From Octopus sinensis (lineage: Eukaryota): a stretch of DNA of 64,000 nt. Both the position numbers and the translations under genes were made by a program. Below are positions 50,037-62,363 of this stretch, one piece after another (position 1 is the stretch's first letter; every line of letters begins with the position of its first letter). Location of the stretch: the NCBI RefSeq assembly GCF_006345805.1, contig NC_042998.1, positions 99,944,001-100,008,000 of the forward strand. Direction: 5' to 3'. The notes under the pieces are model-generated. The model did no database searches, was not told the DNA's origin, and saw only the letters and a program-made list of their open reading frames with translations.

Positions 50037-50422
50037 ACTAGCAGTATCGCCCGGCGTTGCTCAGGTTTGTAAGGGAAATAACTATAAAGCATTTTTAGAG
50101 AGTTATAGCCAAAAAATAGCAAAAAAATGGAAAAAAATGATGGTAAATTTTTTTTGAGAGTAAAAAAAGGTGGAGTTGCGTCCCCTAGACAGTTTGCGGT
50201 TTGTGTTTCAGATTCTCGACCCCATGTCGAATTTATCGATTTTTTTCAGAACTGGGGGAACTTTTCAAAATTTCCGCTGCGTTAGTTTTGAATTATGACA
50301 TTGGTCTATGTGTGTGTCAAGTTTCATCAGAATCGGTTGAAAGCCGTGGTCAGGGTGAGGGTACAAGCAAACAGACACACAGAAACACGCACAGACAAAC
50401 TGCCGTTTATATAGAGAGAGAT
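50037..50422 (+). mobile_element. Helentron-associated (DINE-1/HINE-like) element
   Basis: Starts actagcagtatcgcccggcgttgctc; ends with an acagacac tract and tttatatagagagagat. Confidence 0.65.
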
Positions 50423-50515
50423 AATCAGGCCAGGACAATTGATCAGGTATTGGACAGTAGGGTGCCTCTGTTTTGGTTCTAATTAACTCATCATTTTGTG
50501 TTGCCATATTTGTAG

Positions 50516-50663
50516 GTCGTACTGGACCAGGTATCTGTTACCGTTTGTATAGTGAAGCTGACTATGAAGCGCTGGAGAAATATTCTACACCTGAAATACT
50601 CCGAGTACCCTTAGACTCATTAGTATTACAAATGATCTCTCTGGGACTACCTGATTGTCGAAG
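50516..50663 (+). CDS. DHX34: DHX34 coding exon 14
   Basis: (G)[13 protein letters not shown]...[24 protein letters not shown](R). Confidence 0.95.
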
Positions 50664-51002
50664 GTAAATTACAGCCATCACTGTTGTTGACATTTTCAGT
50701 TATATACCTATTCGTTTTTGTTGTTGTTGTTGTCGCTGTTGCTGCTGCTGCTGTCGTCATTGCTGTTAAGTATCATCATTATTATTATTTATTGAAGGGC
50801 TTCAAAAAAAATTCCTTAGAGTATTTCTTCTTACTCCTTACATTGTGAGTTTGAATCCCACCAGTCTACTTTGCCTTTCTTCCTTAAAAAAATATACTAC
50901 CAATCAAGTACTAGAGTTGATAGTATCAACTAACTCCTTCCCTTCAAAATTGCTGGCTTTGTTCCTAAATCAGAAACCATCATCATCATTTAATGTCCAC
51001 TC

Positions 51003-51165
51003 CCGGAGTGGTTGGCATTAAGAAGGGCATCCAGCTGTAGAAACTCTGCCAATCAAGATTGGAGCCTGGTGCAGCCATCTGGTTCACCAGCTCTCAGTCA
51101 AAATCGTCCAACCCATGCTAGCATGGAAAGCAGACGTTAAACGATGATGATGATGATGATGATGT
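51003..51165 (+). mobile_element. (GAT)n-tailed short retroelement (others at ~2255, 7650-8640, 36330, 38350, 44330, 57020, 63120)
   Basis: ggcattaagaagggcatccagctgtagaaa...gcatggaaagcagacgttaaacgatgatgat. Confidence 0.75.
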
Positions 51166-52020
51166 TTTATGCTGGCAGGGGTTAGGTAGTTTGACAGGAT
51201 CCAATGGGTCCAAGGACTGCGTCATGCTCCAGTGTCTGCTTTAGCATGGTTTCCATGGTTGGATGTCTTTTCTTAATGCCAATCACATTTACAGTATGTA
51301 CTGGGTGATTTTTTCATGCCAGCAGCACTAGTGAGGTTACCATGCAGCTCATAAGATTACAAGCCCCAAGGGATGGAAGGGCTTTATGCTAGGAGATGAA
51401 GAGTTAGAATATGAGACAAGGGTGGGAAGCAGAGCAACTTCTTTTTGTAGAGGAGCTACATGGTCACTCACATTTAGAAAAGAAGGTGAGACTGATAAGT
51501 AAGAGATTAATGAGATAAATATTGTTAATGAGGTGTCCAGGTGGCTCCACAAGATATGAGGTGAGTAGAAGTGAATGGGGACAGGGGAAAGGTAGTAGAT
51601 TAACAGAATGGGGAGCACATTGAACAACATGGCTTAGAGTATTTTGTTACAGCTTTTTAAGGTTTTGAGTCCAAATCCTGCCATGGTCAGTATTGCTTTT
51701 AATTTCTCCAGGGTCAATTAATTAAAGTTGCTGTCAAGTACTAGTGTTGATTTTATGGACCATCCCACCCTTCCAGAAAAATCTGGTTGTACCTATATTC
51801 AAAAACTTATGGCTTGTTATTGCAGTTATTTAATTCTAGGTCATCTCTAATTGAGCAGAGCTATAATTGAAAGTACTTCGGACATGACTATCCTGTCGTA
51901 TCAGAGACTACATCGTCCTATGTGTCCATTTTCTGTTTTCATACTTCTTAATATGCAGAAGCACGATATTCCATTCTCAAGTAGTATGATATTCTATTCT
52001 CAAGTAACTTGTATTTCCAG

Positions 52021-52087
52021 ATTCCCTTTCATTGAACCTCCTGAGGGATCTTCCATTGAAAACTCACTCATATATCTACAGGAACAG
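52021..52087 (+). CDS. DHX34: DHX34 coding exon 15
   Basis: FPFIEPPEGSSIENSLIYLQEQ; ttccag|A, CAG|gtaatt. Confidence 0.93.
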
Positions 52088-53193
52088 GTAATTACAGATA
52101 AAAGTTATCTCTTTTTTTTCATTTTGTTATGATTTAACACAATTCTAATCTAGCCATTTAAAGTATTCTTTTACTTCTTTTCAATAAAATGGTTGATTAT
52201 TTGAAAATAGTAGTGAAATCTTCTTCAAATCACACTTTGTCATAAAATAAGTTATATCTGCTAATGTGATCATAGATGTCTGAATAAAAGACAGAATAGT
52301 CACAGCTGGAGCATATTTGTTTATGAATTTACTTAATTGGAGACATTCTAAGATTCAACATCTTCAATATACGCTTACAAGGAAGTCTCTACATGTTACT
52401 TGAACTGCTAAGAATAGCAGCTAAATCTTTCTTAAATCACACATTGCAGTCCTAAAAAGGTGTACTTTGCCTAAGAGAAAGACAGTTTGATCTGGAGTGG
52501 GACATTTTAGGTAAGCGATCTGTTCAATTAGGACTGACATGGAGCTAAACAACAATTTTATATAGTTTGAAATTTGCAAGAATTGGACACTGTCTGGGGC
52601 CCTGAGGAACTGACTCAACTCCTTTGGTTAGATTTTGTATCCAACCAACAACTACACTCAGAAACTTTTACAGTTTTCAAATGATGGATTGCAGTCATGC
52701 TACGACATTGCCTTCAGGAACTTTTATTCAGTTGTATCAATCCAGTACTTTTTCTGATATTTATTTTATCAAATGTCTAAATCCACCTTTGGCATAAAGG
52801 AACATAACAGAACAAATACCGCTAGATATTTTTGTTTGATGCACTGATTTATACACATACATATATCTTTATATTTATAATGGAGGTTAAGGTGGCAAGC
52901 TGGCAGAAGTGTTAGTGTGCTGAGCAAAATGCTTAGCTGTTTTTTTTTATGTTTTGAGTTCAAATTCTACTGAAGTCATCTTTGCCTTTCATCTTTATGG
53001 GGTTGATATAACAAGTACTAGCTTAGCCCCTCCCCCAAACTTGCTGGCCTTGTGCCAAAATTTGAAACCAGTATTTATAAAAGAAGTAGAGATGCAGAAA
53101 TGATAGGGTTGCAGATAATTTGCAGGACTTCTTTTTTTGTTTTGCACCAGATCAGGCCTGACCAACCTGCAATCAAACACACAGATGTATGCA

Positions 53194-53224
<31 letters not shown>

Positions 53225-53679
53225 TGCCAATTCTCTTGTACAATAGAACTATACTGGAACCATGTGATGGCAAAGCAAGCTTCTTAACCATACACCAACA
53301 TCTACATTAAGTCATTTATCACTAATTCACTTTTTTTAGTTATTTGCTTTTTTACTGTTCTTTCTTATCTGTTGTGATGTATAAATTTCTGCTAGACTGT
53401 CTTTAAACTTAGACTGCAACTAATATTGAATTATCAAATTCAGGTTTAATTCATATCCACTGTAATGTGTCTCTGGACAGAACACTTAACTAAGCTTGCC
53501 TTATCTTACCTAGCTGTGAAGAGGACAGACCATTTCTTCGGGCTGTGTAACTTGTGAAAGCATAAGGCCCTGTCTAGAAGTTTATCTTTTATTGACATAG
53601 CTCCACTAAATCTGTATAACTGAGCATCATCAATGGAGACACTATTATCATTACACTTTTAAGATAATCTTGGATTAGG

Positions 53680-54110
53680 TATAAGCATGGTTGTGTGGTA
53701 AGGAGTTTGCTTCTCAACCACATGGTTCCAGGTTCAGTCCCACTGCATGGCACCTCAGACAAGTGTCTTCTACTATAGCCACAGGCTAACCAAAGCCTTA
53801 TGAGTGGATTTGGTGGACAAAAACTGAAAGGAGCCCATCATATGTATGTGTGTGTGTGTGTCTGTCTCTGTGTGTGTGTGTGTGTGTGTGTGTGTTTGTC
53901 CACCATCACCACAACCACTTGACAACTGATGTAGGTGTGTTTACATCCTTGTAACTTAGCGGTTTGGCAAAAGAGACCAATAGAATAAGTACCAGGTTTT
54001 ACCAAAAATAATAAATCCTGAGGTCAATTTGTTCGACTAAAATTCTCCAGGGTGGCACCCCAGCATGGCAGCAGTATAATAACTGAAACAAATAAAAGAT
54101 AGATGATAAA
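53680..54110 (+). mobile_element. SINE family A, near complete (others at ~12705, 35490, 37570, 40670, 44150, 61430)
   Basis: tRNA-like head, internal (TG)n, body gtaacttagcggtt...gactgaaac, aaataaaaga tail. Confidence 0.85.
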
Positions 54111-54374
54111 AGATACTGTTTCAGTAACTTTTTGTCCTCTTTGTTGTTTAACCCTAGGTTGGCTCTGATTGACCAGACCTATAATGAAAAGCACTCCTGA
54201 TATGACCATCCATGATAATGAAAACATTTTCAGATTTCTTTTTAATACTAGGGTGCAGTTTAAGAAAATTTTGTTGCTATCAATTGTAGACTAAGCAACT
54301 GCATAGGGGTCCCCTTGTTGGCTCATGATACCTTTACAATATAATCTGTCATTGTTTTTAATGTCATCATACAG

Positions 54375-54482
54375 GGAGCTTTAAAAGAAGATGAGAAATT
54401 GACACCAATTGGTGAGATGCTGTCCAAATTACCAGTGGATGTTGTGGTTGGCAAGATGTTGATAATGGGATCTTTATTTCAT
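54375..54482 (+). CDS. DHX34: DHX34 coding exon 16 (HA2 region)
   Basis: [36 protein letters not shown]. Confidence 0.95.
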
Positions 54483-55431
54483 GTAGGTTTGTTTATTTTC
54501 TTTATTTTGTTTCCCTTATACTAAATACAACAAACAACAAATGTTGTTCTTACCTTCTTTCAACTATTGTGGTGAAACAATTTAATACTGGCTTTCTTTT
54601 TAATTAAGATTTTGAGGTAAAATTGACATTGATTATTTGTCATTTCAGAGTAATTATTTTTTACTGTTCAGTGCCTCCATTGCTGACCACATTTTTTTTT
54701 TTTTTTGCAAGAATTTGTGATATTTATGCTCACACTCTCCCAAAACTCAGCACACTACAAATATTTCAAAAGCTTTGTTCAAAGAGAATTGGGTTTTTTT
54801 TCCTAGGTTTTCTCACCTAAGCTTGCATTGACCAAAGATTTACACATGCATGCACACACACACACACTTCTTTCTTTTGTTTTACATCCATTTTTCCCTG
54901 CTTGCATTTGTTGGGTGAATATGGTTGAAACACTGCTTTACAGCTGGATGCCCTTCCTGACATTAACTCTTACTTTCAAGTAAGGGATTTCTTATTCCAC
55001 ACTGCTTTGAAGCTACAAAGTGACCAGATAGTCAAAAACACTACCTGTTATCCTACCGCAACGAATTCCACGTGATGCATGCAAGTGTGGAAAAGTGTGT
55101 CTCATAAAAATAGGTCTGCCTTCTTTAATGTCACCCAAAGAGCAAACTGTCAGATCAAAAGGCTACTGACCAGATATGTGAACATCTACTATTTAAAAAA
55201 ATAATCAGTAGCATGCTGAACTAACTACCTGGCAGTATTTAGTTTTGCCTCTTTTATGTTCTGATTCAAATACTTATGGTGTTGAATTTACTTTTCTCCT
55301 TGGGAGTCAATAAAGTAAGAACCAAAATTATAAAAAGATTTAAAAAGAAAATGTAAGCTACTAATCAATGTCTACCCTTACACATGTGGAAGATATTAAA
55401 ATTAATTATTTCTTTTTCTTTTTTATTTTAG

Positions 55432-55518
55432 ATGATTGATCCTGTATTATCAATTGCTGCTGGACTTGGTGTGCAGACTCCCTTTGTCTCTAAAACTCGG
55501 ACTGATGTTGAAATAGAA
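55432..55518 (+). CDS. DHX34: DHX34 coding exon 17
   Basis: MIDPVLSIAAGLGVQTPFVSKTRTDVEIE matches VEPVLTIAAALSVQSPF. Confidence 0.9.
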
Positions 55519-56800
55519 GTAGGTTTGGCAGACATTTGCAGTTATTTTGATATTAATATTTTCATTCTTATTGGGTTGATACAATAAGTACCAGTTGAGC
55601 ACTGGGATTGATGTAATTGACTTAAGCAATTACCAAAATTTCAAGCCAGTACCAAAATTTCAATCCAGTATCTACAGTAGCAGTAAGGTAGCAATCTGGC
55701 AGAATTGTTTGCATGCTGGTCAAAATGCTTCATGTCATTTCATATGTCTTTACATTTTGAGTTCAAATTCTGCCGAGTTCAATCAACTTTGCCTTTCATC
55801 CTTTCAGTGTCAATATAATTGACTTACCCTCTTCCCTGAACTTGCTGGCCTTGTGCCAAAATTTGAAACCAATATTTATAAGGCAGGTTGTATGTCAGAC
55901 TATTTTCAGTGCTTAGTTTTGTTGCTCCAGATCAGCCCTGATTGAGTAAACTTATGATCAATGATATTCCAATCATGGCCACCCGATGGTTATAGTAGTT
56001 ATATGTCTTTGATCATAGGTGGACTCAAGACCCAGTGAATCCAAAACTGCATTATCCAATGTGTTCTTTCTGGGTTTTTTGGGGGGTTTTTTAAGACTGT
56101 AGGATGTGGTCTAACTGAGATGTTACATTTTACCTCTAGTGTCAGGAAAACTACTGGCAAGTCACATAAGCAGTTATCTTTCTTTTATTATATAAGAAAA
56201 CATCAAGTTATTAAGTTATTGTTATTATACATGATAAAGGGTTAAACTCTGAAAAGATGCATTTATTTAACTTGGCTATGGCTTGAGCCAGTGAAGGAGC
56301 CACTATGTTGGTGTTCAAACTGGTAAAAATAGCAACCAAAATTTCTTCAAATCACAGCTTCCCATCTTAAAATAAGAAGAATACACTGGATAATCTATCC
56401 TTCTTATGTGTTCTATGTCTGACCTGGGTCCATTACTTCTCTTTCCATTATAAAAAGTAAACATCTTTTGATGATCAGCTGTATCATATTTAAAGGAGCA
56501 AGAAATGAAAGTTTGCTATATTTATTTATTTCTCTGGGTCATTATCACTATTATAAAAATACTATAGTAACTACAATCAGGAATTAAAACTATATTGTAG
56601 AGTTGGTTTACTCTGAGTTTACCTCCTACTTTTAAGAACTTTCTACAGTAATGAATTATGAAGTAATCATCATTACCCTGTCACTTTGTTATACTCATTG
56701 ATTTTTCTATTTCCATGCAGTATTTCATTAATATATAATAAATTCTTGATGTAAATTCCTTTGTAATTTTAATTTTATTTTTATCCTTTATTCCTGAAAG

Positions 56801-56875
56801 GCTGCTCGCAAACATTTATTCTCCGACCATGGTGATCCCTTCACACTCCTGAATGCTTTCAATGAATGGATCCAG
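56801..56875 (+). CDS. DHX34: DHX34 coding exon 18
   Basis: AARKHLFSDHGDPFTLLNAFNEWIQ. Confidence 0.93.
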
Positions 56876-57313
56876 GTATTGACTATTTCTTTAATGTAAC
56901 ATAACTTCAATATCTTTCTTAGAATAATTAAATTTATTAGGGAGACTCAGGAAGACATGAGATGAAGTACTGAAGGCTGATCTCAAAATGCTGAGCATTA
57001 CGAAAGAGATGACAGAGGACTGAGATATGTAGTGCATTGCTGTACTCAAGAAGACCTGCCCACCACCAGAGAATTGATATCTTAAAACTGAGGTGCCATG
57101 TAAAAAGCACTGTTGCTAGTGCCACATAAAAGGTACTTGTTGATGGTGCCACATAAAAAGCACCCAGTATACTCTGTATAATGGTTGGCATTAGGGAGAG
57201 CATCCAGTCATAGAAACCAAATGCAGACTATGGGATCTGGTGTGGCCCATGGCATTGCCAGTTCCTGTCAAGCCACTGAACCTATACCAGCATGGAAAAT
57301 GGATGTTAAATAT

Positions 57314-57413
57314 TGATGATGATGATGGTGGTGGTGGTGGCGGCGGCGGTGGTGGTGGTGGTGGTGGTGGTGGCGGTGGTCATGGTAGTGGTGGTGGCAG
57401 TGGCAGCGGCGGC
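57314..57413. repeat. (GAT)n tail grading into (GGT/GGC)n
   Basis: Read directly. Confidence 0.92.
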
Positions 57414-58458
57414 AAAATCATTGACTCATTAGACAAAATGCTTAGTAGCATTTCTTCTGGCTCTTTACATTCTGAACCCAAATCCCACTGAGGTCAACTT
57501 TGCCTTTCATCCCTTCAAAGTTGATAAAATAAAATACTAAGTCAAGTTCTAGGGTCAATGTATTCGACTTATTGGGTCAATGTAATCAACTTGTCCTTCC
57601 TTTCAAAATTGCTGGCCTTGAACCTTGTAATAAATCAGCATCCTGTCAAAGAGAACGTTGTAATTTTTGTTACTTATATGCCACAAAATCCGAGTAATTG
57701 ACCTCGTAATTTATAAGATTCAAGAAAATATCTCTGCTTTGTTTTTTAAAGCATTAACCTTGTCTCATATATTCACTCACCATCTGGTGCACCAAACCTG
57801 TTCTGCAGGTGCTCTTGCTCTTTCATGATTATTAGTGTTTTTTTTTTTGTATTATTTGGTTGTTGGTTATTTTCATAGTAATTAAAATTACTTATAGAAT
57901 AAAGTAACCGGCCTCGTAACCAACATTTCTTTTTAGAGACTTTGACCTAACAATGACAACCTTTCTTATAATGAAACCTCTAAATGGTCACCCGACCTCT
58001 TAGAAATAGCAGCTAAATCTTCTTTGACTCACACCCTTCTGTCTTAAAAATAAAGGAAGAATGTGCAAGATAATGTAGTCCTATATTCACTGTACCTGAA
58101 AATAAACAGAATGATCATGGCTGGAAATGCCTTTATAAGTTTGGTCAATCAGAGCTATCATGAGGCTCAACAAGAATATTCTCTTTTAGTTTGTTCATGG
58201 AACCAGCATCTAGCAAACAAAAATAAATAACTGCTAGTGGGATTGCAGATCAATATTTTATTGGAATTGTAGAAAAAGGAAAAAATAGGTTTCCTTTTGA
58301 AGAATCTAAATTTAAAATTTTGAACTAATAATATAAAAGGCTTTACCCTCTGCTTTAACTTTAGTATCACATAAAAGTTTTCTTCCTTTAAGATATATTA
58401 ATTTTTTTCTATCTTAATTTTTATTTTTCTTTCATTTTTTTTGTTAAAATCTGATTAG

Positions 58459-58569
58459 GTGAAAGCCAAAGGAGAAGGAACAAAGAAATGGTCAAAGAGG
58501 AGAGGCCTTGAAGAACAACGATTCTATGAAATGATTAAGTTGAAAAATCAGTTCAGTAATCTACTGAAG
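58459..58569 (+). CDS. DHX34: DHX34 coding exon 19
   Basis: VKAKGEGTKKWSKRRGLEEQRFYEMIKLKNQFSNLLK. Confidence 0.93.
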
Positions 58570-60770
58570 GTTGGTTATATTGCATAACATGGTCTTGTGT
58601 GTGTGTGTGTATTCTATATTTTCTCATTCCCTTTTTAACAGTTTTAATGTTGAACACAAACCTATGAAGCTAAAAATATATAGACAAAAAATGTTCATAT
58701 CTGATCTAAAGAAAGGATATGTGCTCATATCCTTCACAGTCAATCCAAGACTGGTGAAGCCAGTTGCAAGTTAAACAGTTGCAAGTTGATTACTGCAGAA
58801 AAAACATGGACAGGAGGGAATTCCAAGGAACTGACATAAAAGGGTTAGTATGGAACCTGGAACAGATACAATATGGATAATGTGTGGAGGAAAGATAAAT
58901 GAGTTAGGTGGGCTTGTAGAAATTATTCAAGATGAGGTAGCCCCATGGAGGCCAGAGGGTGGAATGTGTTAGTGAGCAACTTTCAGCCAGTCATGGGTGC
59001 CCTTAACTCAGAAAGTCAAGGATATCGCTGTGCAGTAACAACACCACCCTAGATGTGGGGATATCATTCTATTGTAGGTCTCACTTGAGCTTTGTCTTAG
59101 GTTACTAATCACTGGAGCTGAAATGTTTCTTAGAAGGTTAGTGGTATGGGCTTAGTTATGTTATGGATGAGTGATTGCCAAGAAAGATCATCAGTGTTGG
59201 TGAGGCCTATTTCAAATTGAGGGCAACTTCATATTTGATATATATATGCTTAAAAAGCCTGTATTTATTTATGCTTTCTGGAGCATTAAGTAGGCATAAG
59301 ACAAATCTCTCTTTAGATCAAAGCTAAGCTTATCATGGATAGCTTTTTCACACAGAAAGAACAACTCAGTTGTGCAAGTTTACAAATCACTCAACTTCAC
59401 AATGCTGCTGCTCACAACAGCCTTCACTGCATCCTTACATCTAATAGCAATTGGCATAGCTGTGTATCTAAGAAATTTGTCTTTGGTATCTGGTTCAGTC
59501 CCACTGCATAGCACAACTTCAAGTCAATCAAAGCCTTGTGAATGACAGTTAGTAGAAACTGTGTGAAAAGCTGGTAAGGGAATCCTTCCTGTTCTTGAGT
59601 TGAGGTTGGGATGTTTAGACATATCCTGTTACTCAATTTAACACCACTACTTGATGCATATATCTCTTTAGCATTCTATGCTCAGGTCAGGTTTGGAAAT
59701 CCTGCTACTGACACCATGTAATCCAGTACTATCAGTTTCATGGTTGGGTGGTCAGCAACTAAACCAGCTCACTAAGTTGTCAGATGAGGAAGGTGTTGTG
59801 GACACTTTGCCAGACTAAAAACGAGACCTGTTAAAGGACAGATGATCTTATGCTGAGCCAAAAACCATCCACATGAGTGGTGTCTCATGAAACCATCCTG
59901 CATGTGGGCTGGCAAACCATGCAGCTGATCCGAGACTGTAGCCATGAAAATTTCAATGAAAGACATACTGTAATCTCAAGTTGGGGTGGATGTCCTTGAA
60001 GGATGTGACATGGAGCAAAGAAAAAGCATTCTGTACAAACATTATAGCAGGTCTCTGATTTTCTTCTCACCAATTTCCAAGACCCTGAAAAGGTTATAGA
60101 TGTTTCACTTCTTCCTGACTAAACCATTAAAAAAACAGCAGACTTGACTGGTGAAATTTAAATATTTTAGCCTAAGGTATCATGTTTTGCCACCTCTTGG
60201 CTGATTGACTGTTACATTATCAACTTAGCTTCCTTTGCTCTCTTTCCCTAAGCTTTTTTTACCTTATTTTATCTCTTAAAAAAAAAAAAACTGGCACTCA
60301 GTTGGTTACAACGACAAGTTTGGTTTGATCAATGGAACAGCCTGCTCATGTAATTAATATGCAGGCAGATGTGCACTCCACAGACATGTGTGTCCTAAAC
60401 ATAGTTCTCAAGGAGATTTAGCATGACACAGAATGTGACAAGGCTGGCCCTTTGAAATACAGCTGCAACTCCTTTTTGCCTGTTGAGTAAACCGGAGCAA
60501 CATGAAATAAAGTGTCTTGCTCAAAGACACAATGCACCACTGGGTATCGAACTTATGATCATGAGCCAAATACCCTAACCACTAAGCCATGCACCTTCAC
60601 TTTGTTTTATTTTAATACTGAGTGCACTGTCCTAACATCCAACACTTAAAATATATGTCCCCACCACCACCACTTCAGTAATGTTAGCATTTTGTATCTT
60701 TATGTTCTTGAATTTTTAAAATATAATAGATAAGTATGATACAACGTTGTATTTCATCTTTCATGACAAG

Positions 60771-60920
60771 GATCACCAATTATTGCCTGAAGAATCCTCA
60801 GAAAGATTTTACACAAGTGAAGAACGTAAAGATTGGTATCGTAAAAGGAAACAATTACATCAACTAAAGAGAGAAGAACGAGGCAATATGAAGAAACGAA
60901 AATTTTTAAAATTTGAAGAG
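60771..60920 (+). CDS. DHX34: DHX34 coding exon 20
   Basis: DHQLLP...RKQLHQLKREERGNMKKRKFLKFEE; GAG|gtgagt. Confidence 0.9.
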
Positions 60921-61384
60921 GTGAGTATTTATTTTATTTATTAAGTTTAACAAAGCTTTATGGAGATGAGAGTATCTACCAAATCCATGCCATCCCAGAA
61001 TTATACATCTCCAGCCATGAGGTAATATTACCTGGCTTGGAAAGAGGTGAAGGCTGGTGAAATGAATATTTGACCATAGAAAATCTATCCCAACAAAGTA
61101 TCTATGAAATCTGTGTCACCCCAGAGTTATACATTAAAACATTTGCCCAAGGAGTCTCCTAGTGAGACCAAACCTAAAACCACGTAAGTTCAGAAGTAAA
61201 CTTCTTGACTACACAGCCATCTTCTGAGGAAACATCTCTAGCCATGAGGTAATGTTACCTTGTTTGGAAAGAGGTGAAGGCTGGTGGCATGAATGGCATC
61301 TGGCCATAGAAAATCTACCTCAACAAATTCCATCTGACTCATGCGAGCATAGACAAGTAGACAATAAAACAATGATATATATAC

Positions 61385-61428
<44 letters not shown>

Positions 61429-61429
61429 C

Positions 61430-61800
61430 AGTGGCTCTGTGGTAAGTAGCTTGCTTACCAACCACATGGTTCTGGGTTCAGTCCCACAGTGTGTCACCTT
61501 GGACAAGTGTCTTCTACAATAGTCTCGGGCCGACCAAAGCCTTGTGAGTGGATTTAGTAGATGAAAACTGAAAGAAGCCTGTCATATATATATATATGTG
61601 TGTGTATGTTTGTCCCCACCACTACCATTGCTTGACAATCGATGTTGGTATGTTTACCTCCCCCGTAACTTAGCGGTTCAGCAAAAGAGACTGATAGAAT
61701 AAGTACTAGGCTTACAAAGAATAAATCCTGGGGTCAATTTGTTCAACTAAAGGTGGTCTCCAGCATAGCCTCAGTCAAATGACCGAAACAAATAAAAGAA
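61430..61800 (+). mobile_element. SINE family A, uninterrupted copy (empty-site control for the Tx1 insertion)
   Basis: Single copy of aagtagcttgcttac at 61444-61458. Confidence 0.88.
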
Positions 61801-61849
61801 TATATATAGTTAAATTGAATAAACAAGCATTAAAAATAACAATAACAAA

Positions 61850-62010
61850 CAACAAGAGGGTGTGTACGTGGAATGTATTAATTTATAACTCAGTGAAAAG
61901 AGACAGCTTTTGATGTTTCAAGCATAGCTCTTCATTGGAAAGGAAAATAGAAAAGTCCAAAGAAGGAAAAAAAATCACCACCAGCATGTATGTAATTACA
62001 TTGATGAAAT
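61850..62010 (-). ncRNA. Same family, heavily decayed hammerhead
   Basis: Minus strand tttcc-AATGA-A-GAGC/tat/GCTT-GAAA-CATC-AAAAG (61905-61942). Confidence 0.5.
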
Positions 62011-62261
62011 ATATACATTATATATATATATAATATATATATATCATCATCATCATCATCTTTTAACGTCCATTGTCTGTGCTAGCACAGGTTGGATGGT
62101 TCAACCGGGGTCTGGGAAGCCAGGCGGCTGGATGCAATTCCTAACGCCAATATATATAAAGATGTGAAGTAAAATACATATATTTTTATTATTCATAAAT
62201 TTATGTCACTTTTTTTTACTAATAATTACAATGTCTATTATTTCTGAAATGGTCTTCACAG

Positions 62262-62363
62262 GAGGCCACCATGTTGGCAAGTAGTGATGAAAATGAAAGC
62301 AGTACAGTGCAGGACATCAAAGATTTGGAATTTCGAGTAACACAGGATCTTAACCAGTTACAG
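62262..62363 (+). CDS. DHX34: DHX34 coding exon 21; gene continues past the window
   Basis: EATMLASSDENESSTVQDIKDLEFRVTQDLNQLQ resembles DIQDVKFKLRHDLAQLQ; CAG|gtaaat; the 21 exons sum to 2559 nt (853 codons). Confidence 0.88.

Noticed and set aside
59772-59966. QDGFMRHHSC resembling the RT QxGF motif
   Set aside because: Single weak motif with no supporting context.
35490-61500. tRNA-like sequences at SINE heads
   Set aside because: No complete cloverleaf and they run into SINE bodies; not tRNA genes.
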